A model generated the notes under the pieces. The model saw only the letters and a program-made list of their open reading frames with translations. It made no database searches and was not told where the DNA came from. 64,000 nt of DNA from Syntrophales bacterium (GTDB lineage: Bacteria > Desulfobacterota > Syntrophia > Syntrophales > UBA2210): assembly GCA_963664485.1 (NCBI GenBank), contig OY761459.1, positions 69,275-133,274 of the forward strand, in the 5' to 3' direction. Each line of letters opens with the position of its first letter. Positions within the stretch are counted from its first letter, which is position 1. The position numbers were made by a program, and so were the translations under genes. This document shows, one piece after another, positions 33,429-42,673 of the stretch.

Positions 33429-35125
33429 ATGCATTTCAGACTGAACAGATTACCCGGCTATGGAGGAATAAAAGGGCCCCTTCTCCTGATCATAATGGAC
33501 GGTATCGGCCTGTACCGGGGGGAAAAGGAAGAGTACCCCGGAAACGCCCTCGATATGGCGAAGCCGCGAAATCTCTATTCCCTGATGGGAAACGAAAAGA
33601 TAGTAACCCGGCTCAAGGCACATGGAACGGCCGTAGGCATGCCCTCGGACAAAGACCAGGGAAACAGTGAAGTCGGGCATAATGCCATCGGGGCCGGCAG
33701 GATATTCGAGCAGGGATCCAAACTCGTAGATACCGCGATCAATAACGGCAGTATCTTCGAGGGAGATACATGGAAAAAAATAATTTCCAGCGCATTGACG
33801 AAAAAAACCGCTGTGCATTTAATAGGCCTCATATCGGACGGAAACGTTCACAGCAGCATATCACACCTCTTCGCGCTTATAGGCGAATGTGACAGGAGCG
33901 GCGTGGAAGAGGTTTATATACACGGCCTCCTGGACGGACGGGATGTGCCTCCGGTCAGCGCTCTACGCTACTTCGGCGAGCTGGAAGACTATCTCTGGTC
34001 GCTACGCGCGCAAGCCGTAAAATCAGGCGAAAAACGCCTGTATTTCGTCGCATCCGGAGGCGGCCGGATGGTAACCACGATGGATCGCTACGAAGCGGAC
34101 TGGTCTATCGTAGAGCGGGGCTATAACGCCCATACGCTTGGGAAAGGCCCTCTTTTCCCCGACAGTCTGACAGCAATCAGGAAACTGCGTGAAAAAGAGC
34201 TATCCGATGATCAATACCTCTCACACTGGGTAATACACGATCCCGGCAACCCCGGCAAACCACTCACACAATCATGGATGGAGACAGCGTGATACTGTTC
34301 AACTTCCGGGGCGACCGCGCGATCGAGATCAGCCGCGCGTTTGTCGAAGACGATTTCAAAGGATTTAAACGTGACTACCATCCCTCCGTAACATACGCCG
34401 GAATGCTCGAGTACGACGAAGACACCAGGATGCCGCCGGAATATCTCGTCTCACCCCCGGCCATCGATCGAACGGTGTCGGAATATCTCGCAAAAAACGG
34501 CGTTTCTCAATACGCCATAAGCGAGACTCAGAAATTCGGTCACGTCACATATTTCTGGAACGGGAACAATTCCGCAAAATTCGACGAAAAAACAGAAGAG
34601 TGGGTGGAGATCGAATCGGACCGCATACCGTTCGACCAGGCACCGGAAATGAAGGCCGCCGAAATTGCATCCCGGGCAATCGCCGCGATGCAATCCGGGA
34701 AATACAGATTCCTTCGTCTGAATTTTCCAAACGGGGATATGGTGGGACATACCGGATCGCTGCCGGCAACGGTGAAAGCCGTGGAAGCCGTCGACAGGGA
34801 ACTGGGCAGGTTGATCGAAGCAGCCGACAGACTGGGAGGCACGGTTATAGTGACCTCTGACCACGGGAACTGCGAACAGATGATAGCGGTCGACAAAAAG
34901 ACCGGCAAACCCGTAATGGAGGCAGGCGGAAAGTACAAACCGCAGACAAGCCACACACTGAATCCGGTCCCGTTCATTATCCATGGTCCCGACACCGGCC
35001 GCTACGAACTTGCCGATATACCGGAACCGGGACTCGGTAACATAGCCGCGACCATACTGCTGCTTCTCGGATATGAAAGGCCGGAAGACTACCTTGAACC
35101 ACTGATAAGGGTTCAAGGGGTCTAG
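33429..35125 (+). pseudogene. gpmI: 2,3-bisphosphoglycerate-independent phosphoglycerate mutase, split by a 1-nt frameshift near 34265
   Basis: ORF 33429..34292 has LLIIMDGIG and GNSEVGHNAIGAGR. ORF 34274..35125 continues with DGDSVILFNFRGDRA and TSDHGNCE. The join GKPL(H)TIMDGDS needs one extra base. Confidence 0.85.
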
Positions 35126-35349
35126 GGGTCTAGGGGTCTAGGGGTCTAAACATTCAAGGCCATGTCTATCTTGAATTGTGAGTTTTTAATTAAGGGAATT
35201 CAAAAATCGCTGTACCTGATCTAGGGGCCGAGGGGCCGAGGGGTCTAGGGGTCTAGGGGTCAAGGATGTATCGCCCTGGCAAAGATAGAAGCTTTCGTTG
35301 AAGTTTCATTAAACTCGAAGCTTTTCACTCGAACCCTCGACCCCTTGAA
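35112..35349. repeat. Palindromic intergenic element built from GGGG-N4 octamer repeats (G-quadruplex potential)
   Basis: GGGGTCTA x4 (35117-35148). GGGGCCGA x2, GGGGTCTA x2 and GGGGTCAA (35224-35263). Inverted ends TTCAAGGGGTC (35112-35122) and GACCCCTTGAA (35339-35349). Confidence 0.75.
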
Positions 35350-35359
35350 TTAAACCTTT

Positions 35360-35824
35360 TCAGTAAATTCCCGCCTCGCAACCGCCGGCGATGGTCTGCC
35401 CCAGTTCCCGGCAACGCGCGAGAATCCCGTTCGTTACGCCTCCCTCCGAGGCCCTTGCGATAACGGGCTCATAAACCTTCTTGAACCGATAACCCAGCGC
35501 TATCCGCTCTATACTGTTGACAGCGCCCGTGCCGTCGTTCCCGGCACTGACAAAAACGACATAGGGTTTTCTGAAAACCTTTCCTTCGGCGGGATAAAAG
35601 GTACGGTCGAAAAAATCCTTAACGGCGCCGGACATGTACCCGAAATTTTCAGGGGTTCCTATCGCCAGACCGTCACAACGGAGAAGATCCTCCAGGGACG
35701 CATTCCCCACTCTCTTTAAAACGGCCTCCGCACCCCTTATGCTCGCCACCCCCGCCGCAACAGCCTCTGCCATCTTTTCGGTATTTCCCGTCTGTGAATG
35801 ATAAACGACCAATATACTTATCAT
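35360..35824 (-). CDS. Flavodoxin-like FMN protein
   Basis: 154 aa, MISILVVYHSQTGNTEKMAEAVA (flavodoxin FMN-phosphate loop). Confidence 0.75.
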   Translation of the reverse strand: MISILVVYHSQTGNTEKMAEAVAAGVASIRGAEAVLKRVGNASLEDLLRCDGLAIGTPENFGYMSGAVKDFFDRTFYPAEGKVFRKPYVVFVSAGNDGTGAVNSIERIALGYRFKKVYEPVIARASEGGVTNGILARCRELGQTIAGGCEAGIY

Positions 35825-35956
35825 TATGTCTCCGGCCGACTAACCGCTATTACAACTCTATCGCGCTTGCAAGGAAATTCATTCCATGTCCAAACGAATT
35901 CGGGCGGAAGAAAATATCCCCGCCCGAATCGTTATATCTCTGTTCCCACGACCTGT

Positions 35957-37657
35957 TTATCCCTTACCCCGTTTTTCCATTTCCTCTTTCTTGAGATCTT
36001 TCCGGAGGATTTTACCGATATTGGTTTTGGGGAGCTCTTCACGGAACTCTATCTCCGTCGGAAGTTTGTATGTGGCCAGTTTTCCCTTGCAGAATTCTAT
36101 CATCTCTTCCTCCGTGGCACTCTCACCGGCTTTTAATACCACAAAGACCTTGATGTTCTCACCCCGTTTGGGATCGGGAATGCCGATGGAGCAGGCCTCC
36201 TGCACTTTCGGATTCTCATAGAAGACCTCGTCTATATCCCTCGGATACACATTAAAACCACCCGATATGATCATATCCTTCTTGCGATCGACTATATAGA
36301 AATACCCTTCATCATCCATTGTCGCTATATCACCCGTGTAACACCAGCCGTCCCTAAGAGTGTTTGCCGTTTCATCGGGCATATCCTTGTAACCCCTCAT
36401 AACCTGCGGCCCCTTGATTATAAGTTCTCCCGGCTCGCCTATAGGCATATCCGTTACGCCGTTATCCAGATCGACGATCCTGGAGAGCGTATCGGAGATT
36501 GGAACTCCGATACTGCCTACCTTGCGTACTCCACCGGCAAAGGGGTTCACATGCGTGACGGGTGTCGTCTCCGTCATCCCGAATCCCTCGATGATAACGG
36601 CTCCCGTAGCCTTCTCGAAATCATGGATGACTTCGACCGGCAACGGTGCGCTTCCGGAGAAACATCCCTTTAAGCATTTCATATCGGTCTTCTTGACATC
36701 GGGATGGTTCAACATACCTATATACATGGTCGGCACCAGCGGAGCGAAGGTAGGCTTGAATTTGCTTATCGCCTCGAGGAGAGGCGCCGCCTGGGGTTTC
36801 GGCACCAGGATATCGGTCCATGCCAGATAAACAGAGAGATTCATGACCGTGGACAGCCCGAAAACATGGAAGAAAGGAAGCGCTCCCAGTATTCTTTCCT
36901 CTCCACGTTTAAATGTCGGTATCCAGGCACCTATCTGCTGCACCTGCTTGCTCAGATTGGCATGGGTAAGCATAACCCCCTTGGAAACTCCTGTAGTTCC
37001 TCCGGTATACTGGTACATGGCAACATCTTCAAAACCGATTTTTACGGAAGGCGGCGTAGCCGCGTATTTGTCGATACATGATTTCCATTTGTAGACATCG
37101 GGAGCGTCCTTGACATCCGCCGCCAGTTTCTTTTTCTTTGCCACAAGTGGGAACAAGAGACTTTTGGGGAAAGGAAGATAATCTCCTATGGAAGTGTAAA
37201 CAATCTGTTTGATCTGCGTCTTCGGACGAAGGTCGATCATCCTGTTGCCGAGGAGATCCAGGGTTATCAGTATTTTTGAACCGGAATCGTTAAATTGATG
37301 CTCAAGCTCACTATCCGAATAAAGCGGGTTGTTCATTACCACTATCCCGCCTATCTTCAATACAGCGAAGTAAGCCGCGACACAGGGAATCAGGTTGGGC
37401 AGCAGTATCGCTACGGCATCCCCTTTTTTTACGCCAAAATCCGCGAGACAGTGCGCGAAACGATCCACCATCTCCTTGAGCCCTTTATAGGTTAATTTAT
37501 ACCCCTGAAAAACAAGCGCGTCTAATTCGGGAAAATCACGAGCAGCCCGATCGAGCATATCCGGCATGCACACTTCCTCATAATCGACGAACTCCGGAAC
37601 TCCTTTTTCATACGACTTCAGCCAAGGTTTGTCCTCATATTTGATTGCATTTGCCAT
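35957..37657 (-). CDS. fadD: Long-chain-fatty-acid--CoA ligase
   Basis: 566 aa; YTGGTTGVSKGVMLTH, GFGMTET, TGDIATMDDEGYFYIVDRKKDMI, KLPTEIEFREELPKTNIGKILRK. Confidence 0.85.
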   Translation of the reverse strand: MANAIKYEDKPWLKSYEKGVPEFVDYEEVCMPDMLDRAARDFPELDALVFQGYKLTYKGLKEMVDRFAHCLADFGVKKGDAVAILLPNLIPCVAAYFAVLKIGGIVVMNNPLYSDSELEHQFNDSGSKILITLDLLGNRMIDLRPKTQIKQIVYTSIGDYLPFPKSLLFPLVAKKKKLAADVKDAPDVYKWKSCIDKYAATPPSVKIGFEDVAMYQYTGGTTGVSKGVMLTHANLSKQVQQIGAWIPTFKRGEERILGALPFFHVFGLSTVMNLSVYLAWTDILVPKPQAAPLLEAISKFKPTFAPLVPTMYIGMLNHPDVKKTDMKCLKGCFSGSAPLPVEVIHDFEKATGAVIIEGFGMTETTPVTHVNPFAGGVRKVGSIGVPISDTLSRIVDLDNGVTDMPIGEPGELIIKGPQVMRGYKDMPDETANTLRDGWCYTGDIATMDDEGYFYIVDRKKDMIISGGFNVYPRDIDEVFYENPKVQEACSIGIPDPKRGENIKVFVVLKAGESATEEEMIEFCKGKLATYKLPTEIEFREELPKTNIGKILRKDLKKEEMEKRGKG

Positions 37658-37899
37658 AAGTTCCCGCCCCCCTTCAGATTAAGATGTTAAAAGCTGAGAA
37701 AACAAGCAGTTACAACTAAACAGCCCCTGTCATGCACCCGCTGTACCGCATTTCTTTCAAGCCTACCCCCCCGGTTGCAATAAGGGAATTATTAATACAT
37801 TTTTCCCGAAAAAGCCACAAAAACCGTTTTTCACGAGTCTCCCTGCCCTGGCTTGGCCGATGCAACAGGCGAAACCGGTTAATTCTTCCCGGGAAAGGG

Positions 37900-38290
37900 A
37901 TTTGTCTTCCGGAGTTTCTTCCTCGACGCTCTTTTCTTCCGGAGTTTCTTCCTCGGCACCCTTTTCTTCCGGAACCGTTTTCTCCCTTCCGGAGTTTCTT
38001 CCTCAACACCCTTGTCTTCCGGAGTTTCCGCCTTCGGCACCCTTTTCTTCCGGAGTTTCTCCTTCGGGGCACCCTTCTTCTTCCGGAGTTTCTTCTTCAA
38101 CACCCTTGTCTTCCGGAGTTTCTTCCTCGGCACCCTTGTCTTCCGGAGTTTCTTCCTTCAACACCCTTGTCTTCCGGAGTTTCTTCCTCGGCACCCTTGT
38201 CTTCCGGAGTTTCTCCTTCGACACCCTTGTCTTCCGGAGTTTCTTCCTCGGCACTCTTTTCTTCCGGAGTTTCACCCGGCATATCCTCTG
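37900..38290. repeat. 30-nt tandem repeat array (~13 units) covering the 3-prime end of the FeS oxidoreductase gene
   Basis: CTTCCGGAG anchors at 37906, 37936, 37966, 37986, 38016, 38047, 38080, 38110, 38140, 38171, 38201, 38231, 38261. Spacings are 30,30,20,30,31,33,30,30,31,30,30,30. Confidence 0.9.
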
Positions 38291-40454
38291 CCGGGGCAAC
38301 CGCCTCAGTGCTCTCTTCTTCCGGGATTTCTACGGAAGCTTTCTCGATATTCATGGCATCCCAGACTATTTCGGCTATATCGAGGGCTGCCATTTTCTCC
38401 TCCATCCCCCGGTCCTTGATACCGTCGGACATCATTGTCAGGCAGAACGGGCAGGCAACCGCTATCGTATCCGCTTTTACGGCTATAGCCTGATCCGCTC
38501 TCATATCATTGATTCTGTCGCCGATATCCTCCTCCATCCACATTCTTGCCCCGCCGGCACCACAACAGAAACTCTTATTGAGATTACCGGCCATCTCGGA
38601 CAGTCTCATGCCGGGAACGGAGCCGAGTATCTTCCTCGGCTGCTCATAGATATCATTGTATCTGCCGAGGAAACATGAATCATGATACGTAAACAAACCG
38701 CTTGCCGGTTTCTTCAATACCAGTTTGCCGCGGGCGATAAGATCAGCGATTATCTCCGTGTGATGATAGACCTCGAAATTGCCGCCGAAATGAGTGTAAT
38801 CCTTCTTGATAGTATTATATCCGTGCGGACAGGTACAGATGATCTTCTTCACGCCATATCCGTTCATGATGTCTATGTTCATCTGCATGAGGGTCTGCGA
38901 CAGATATTCGTTTCCACCCCTCATGGCGGAATCGCCGCAACAACTCTCTTCCCCGCCCAGGATACCGAAACTGACGCCGGCCTCCATCAGGAGTTTGGCA
39001 AAGGCAATCGCGACTTTTTTCCCCCTGTCGTCAAACGACCCGGAGCAACCTACGTAATAGAGATATTCCACATTCGAATCCTCAGCCAGTGTCTTGACGC
39101 CCAGCTCTTTCGCCCAGTCTCCTCTCGTGTGAGAACCGATTCCCCAGGGGTTGGAGTTGTTCTCCATGTTCCTGTAGGTCAACTGCAACTCCTGGGAGAA
39201 ATCCGCCTCCATCAGTACCTTGTACTGCCTCATGCCGATGATCATCGGAACATGCTCGTTAAATACAGGACAGACTTCCATACAGGCCATACAGTTTGTA
39301 CACGCCCATAACTCGTGCAGATCAATAACCTCGCCCACCATTATCTTTCCCGGGTCGGGGATTGCAGGCTGTCCACCCTCCCCGGCATTACGCTTCGCCG
39401 CCATCACGGCAGGCGCTCTCTCCAGCCAGTATTCCTTGATATCCTGGTGGAGCTTCTTCGGGGAGAGCGGTTTGCCAGACAGGTAAGCGGGACACACATC
39501 CTGACACCTTCCGCACTTCAGGCATGCGTCCGCGTTGAAAATCTGCTTCCAGGTAAAATCCTCGAGCTGCCCGACACCGAACGACTCGGCGGTCTCAAAG
39601 TCGGAAATCGGTTCAAGATACCCTGTCGGTTTCAACGATCTCATGTACTGGTTAGCCGGAGCGAGAAGAATGTGTATCAGCCTTGAATAGGGAATATAAG
39701 CGATAAAGCCGAAGGCCACAAACGCGTGTATCCACCAGGTCCATTTATGAAGAATTTTAACCGTATCGTAGCTTATACCGGTCAGGGGTTTCGAAAGGGC
39801 GTATCCGACAAACGACCAATTGCCCCATGAGTAACCATCCACATTTACGTTAACATACAGCCTGAACGCCTCGAGCAGAAATCCCGTTACGATAATACCG
39901 GCTATCAAGAGTAATCCGATCGCATTATCCGGAGTGTTATCCGATTTTCCCCGGTATTCCAGCCGTTCGGGTTTCTGGATGTATCTCCTCCACACCGCCA
40001 GCACAACCCCGGCGAGAACGGCCAGGCCGAACACCTCCATAACGAAAGAGAACCACAGATAGAATCCGCCGTTAAAAAAAGGAATAAGAAACGGAAGATG
40101 AAAGTGTGTGGCATCGAAGGCCGCCCCGAATATAAGGACAAAAAACCCGAAAAATATGAGGGCGTGCATAATGCCTGGATATCCGTCCTTGAATGTTCTT
40201 ACCTGCAGAAGGGAATTAAGGAGAAGGGATTTGATCCTTTCCGAAGGCTTATCGGTCCTGTTTTCCGGCAGGCCGATCGCCTTCCACATCTGCCAGCGTC
40301 GGTAAAAACCGTAGACACATATCGCTATCGCGATCCCGGCGAATATAAAAAGGATCAGTTCCGACGGGAAGGGGGCGTTCCAGAATATTTCTCTCCCTTC
40401 ATTACCTACAACGTATGCGCCTGCATCGTGTGCCATAATGCTTTTTACCTCCAT
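38097..40454 (-). CDS. Membrane-anchored FeS oxidoreductase (NarI/DsrM-like membrane domain, 2x[4Fe-4S], two CCG domains); candidate EtfAB:quinone oxidoreductase with acidic repeat tail
   Basis: N-terminal ~250 aa contain about 5-6 hydrophobic helices. Ferredoxin motifs CLKCGRCQDVCP and CTNCMACMEVCP; CCG-type motifs ESCCGDS and FCCGAGG. Lies directly downstream of etfBA on the same strand. The C-terminus as given depends on frame-shifting repeat units. Confidence 0.8.
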   Translation of the reverse strand: MEVKSIMAHDAGAYVVGNEGREIFWNAPFPSELILFIFAGIAIAICVYGFYRRWQMWKAIGLPENRTDKPSERIKSLLLNSLLQVRTFKDGYPGIMHALIFFGFFVLIFGAAFDATHFHLPFLIPFFNGGFYLWFSFVMEVFGLAVLAGVVLAVWRRYIQKPERLEYRGKSDNTPDNAIGLLLIAGIIVTGFLLEAFRLYVNVNVDGYSWGNWSFVGYALSKPLTGISYDTVKILHKWTWWIHAFVAFGFIAYIPYSRLIHILLAPANQYMRSLKPTGYLEPISDFETAESFGVGQLEDFTWKQIFNADACLKCGRCQDVCPAYLSGKPLSPKKLHQDIKEYWLERAPAVMAAKRNAGEGGQPAIPDPGKIMVGEVIDLHELWACTNCMACMEVCPVFNEHVPMIIGMRQYKVLMEADFSQELQLTYRNMENNSNPWGIGSHTRGDWAKELGVKTLAEDSNVEYLYYVGCSGSFDDRGKKVAIAFAKLLMEAGVSFGILGGEESCCGDSAMRGGNEYLSQTLMQMNIDIMNGYGVKKIICTCPHGYNTIKKDYTHFGGNFEVYHHTEIIADLIARGKLVLKKPASGLFTYHDSCFLGRYNDIYEQPRKILGSVPGMRLSEMAGNLNKSFCCGAGGARMWMEEDIGDRINDMRADQAIAVKADTIAVACPFCLTMMSDGIKDRGMEEKMAALDIAEIVWDAMNIEKASVEIPEEESTEAVAPAEDMPGETPEEKSAEEETPEDKGVEGETPEDKGAEEETPEDKGVEGRNSGRQGCRGRNSGRQGC

Positions 40455-40547
40455 ATATAGATTTAAGATATCTGGTATGATAAACAGTACGGGAATAGAG
40501 TAATTATGTATTATAACTCGGTCAATACCGCTACTTTTTTCTGAAGA

Positions 40548-40574
40548 AACGGGGGTGGGTTACCCACCCCCGTT
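40548..40574 (-). other. GC-rich intercistronic hairpin between etfA and the FeS oxidoreductase gene
   Basis: AACGGGGGTGGGT/ACCCACCCCCGTT stem, 7 nt after the etfA stop. No U-tract follows on the minus strand, so it is not a classic terminator. Confidence 0.45.
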
Positions 40575-40580
40575 CACACA

Positions 40581-41555
40581 TTATGATAATTTCTTTGCTG
40601 CAGCGGTAATTTCAGGCACTATCTTGAAGAGATCATCTACAATACCGTAATCGGCCCTGGCAAAAATAGGAGCTTCGGAATCCTTATTAATCGCAACAAT
40701 ATATTTTGAAGAACTCATACCGGCCAGGTGCTGAATGGCACCGGATATACCACAGGCAATATATAGAGTTGGAGAAACTACCTTGCCGGTCTGTCCTACC
40801 TGGTCCGATTGAGGTCTCCATCCCGCATCGACGGCTGCACGTGAAGCGCCGACCGCCGCGCCGAGAACATCGGCCAGTTCCTCAATGATTTTGTATTCAC
40901 CAGGACCTTTCATTCCACGTCCGCCGGAAACGATGATGTCCGCTTCCGTAAGATCGATCTTCCCGCTTTTATCTTTCTGCGTCTCAAGCACCTTGGTCTT
41001 GAGCACGTCCGCCGCGATACCCGGATCGAACTTTACCACTTCGCCTGCCTTGGGATTCTCCACCGCAGCAAAAACCTTCGGCCGGAGAGACGCCATCTGG
41101 GGATAACTTTCCACAACGACTTCACCGAAGCATTTACCCGCATACATCGGCCTGATGGCAAGAAGTTTGCCGTTTGATATCTTGACTTCCGTGCAGTCCG
41201 AGGCCATTCCCGTGGCCAGTTTTCCAACCAGTCTGGATGAAAGATCCTTGCCCTGTACCGACGCCGCAAGCAGCAGAATGGATGCGTCATTTTCCTTTAC
41301 AACGTTTGCAACCGCCGCGCTGTAAGCATCCGTCGTATAATCTGCAAACATGGCGTTATCCGCCAGATAGACCTTGTCAACACCGTATTTACCCAGTTCC
41401 GGGGCCATTCCTTCCACTCCCGATCCCAGCAGAACCGCGCATACTTCCTCGCCAAGTTCATCCGCGAGTTTTCTCGCAACGCTCGCAACCTCGAAGGAGA
41501 CATTGCGCAGAGCGCCACCCCTCTGTTCAGCAACTATCCATACGCCTTTTGCCAT
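40581..41555 (-). CDS. etfA: Electron transfer flavoprotein alpha subunit
   Basis: 324 aa; C-terminal FAD-binding region VGQTGKVVSPTLYIACGISGAIQHLAGM. Confidence 0.93.
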   Translation of the reverse strand: MAKGVWIVAEQRGGALRNVSFEVASVARKLADELGEEVCAVLLGSGVEGMAPELGKYGVDKVYLADNAMFADYTTDAYSAAVANVVKENDASILLLAASVQGKDLSSRLVGKLATGMASDCTEVKISNGKLLAIRPMYAGKCFGEVVVESYPQMASLRPKVFAAVENPKAGEVVKFDPGIAADVLKTKVLETQKDKSGKIDLTEADIIVSGGRGMKGPGEYKIIEELADVLGAAVGASRAAVDAGWRPQSDQVGQTGKVVSPTLYIACGISGAIQHLAGMSSSKYIVAINKDSEAPIFARADYGIVDDLFKIVPEITAAAKKLS

Positions 41556-41579
41556 TTTTTTATCCTCCTCTTTTCTCCG

Positions 41580-42341
41580 TTAAATTACCTTGGCCTCTTC
41601 CCTCAACAGCCTGACCAGCTCGGAGGCCTTTGCGGCCGGATCATCGCCGCCGATGATCTTTCCCGGAGCTCTTTTAGGAGGGGGAATCATTTTGACAACT
41701 TTTGCCTTGGGCTCAACGGATATACCGAGGGCCGCCGCGTCTTTGACATCGACAGGTTTCTTCTTCGCCTTCATAATTCCCGGAAGGGAAGCGTATCGCG
41801 GTTCATTCAAGCCCTTCTGGGCGGTAATAACACAAGGCATTTCGCTTTCTATCACGAGTTGAGCCCCTTCTATGGGTTTCACGGCCTTGGCCTTGCCACC
41901 CGAAACTTCAAGCCCGGTTACGATTGTAATCTGCGGCATTCCAAGCAGTTCGGCGAGTATGGATCCTACCTGGCCGGAATCGCCATCAATGGCCCGTTGT
42001 CCGCAGAAAATGATATCCGGGTTAATATCCTTTATGGCTGCCGCGATAGCAACCGCCGTGTTGTACGCGTCCGCCTTGTCGATAGTGACATGAATACCCT
42101 TCTCCGCACCCATGGCAAGTGCGGTCCGGATCGTCTCCATCGCCCGCGGGGGACCGAGTGAAACAATCGTTACCTCTCCACCGTTTGCCTCTTTCAACTT
42201 GAGGGCCGCTTCGACGCCATACTCGTCGTAGGGGTTCATCACCCATTTGATACTACCCTCTTCGATGCCGGAGCCATCCGGTTTTACCCTGATAAACGCC
42301 TCTGTATCAGGAACCTGCTTTACACATGCAACTATGTTCAC
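41580..42341 (-). CDS. etfB: Electron transfer flavoprotein beta subunit
   Basis: 253 aa, MNIVACVKQVPDTE.., NPYDEYGVEAALKLKE. Confidence 0.93.
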   Translation of the reverse strand: MNIVACVKQVPDTEAFIRVKPDGSGIEEGSIKWVMNPYDEYGVEAALKLKEANGGEVTIVSLGPPRAMETIRTALAMGAEKGIHVTIDKADAYNTAVAIAAAIKDINPDIIFCGQRAIDGDSGQVGSILAELLGMPQITIVTGLEVSGGKAKAVKPIEGAQLVIESEMPCVITAQKGLNEPRYASLPGIMKAKKKPVDVKDAAALGISVEPKAKVVKMIPPPKRAPGKIIGGDDPAAKASELVRLLREEAKVI

Positions 42342-42425
42342 GTTGACCTCCTTTTGAATACGGTCAGGACAATAACCGTATCACGTTTTATTGTTTTATG
42401 AAAAGTTGCAAGCCGTGATTGAATC

Positions 42426-42512
42426 TCCCCGCAACAAGTTGCGGGGAATCTCCGACTGTTAAGGAATTTTTTATTTTTTTATTCGCTCGCTGACCCCGCC
42501 GCAAGCAGCGGG
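42426..42512. repeat. Two REP-like GC hairpins (CCCCGC..GCGGGG) in the acs-etfB intergenic region
   Basis: TCCCCGCAACAAGTTGCGGGGA (42426-42447) and CCCCGCCGCAAGCAGCGGGG (42493-42512). Confidence 0.5.
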
Positions 42513-42673
42513 GAATGCGCTAGCTGTTCAGTTCAAAGGCTTAAAGACAAGAGGTCTGTCTTATCGCGGGTTACCGGAAGTTAAACAGGCCGGCACCTCT
42601 TCCCGTTCGAAGGATTAAGGACGAGAGATTCATCATCCCTCCATCCTTAATCCCTCTTTCACCTTTGGGCTTC

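Noticed and set aside
37900-38290. Possible CRISPR array
   Set aside because: The units are directly abutting 30-nt repeats with no unique spacers, they lie inside a coding region, and there are no cas genes.
37716-38678. ORFs on both strands across the 30-nt repeat (37732..38493, 37860..38678, 38012..38419, 37716..38072, 37879..38133, 38003..38299)
   Set aside because: These are alternative-frame readings of the tandem repeat with low-complexity products. Only the acidic frame is contiguous with the FeS oxidoreductase.
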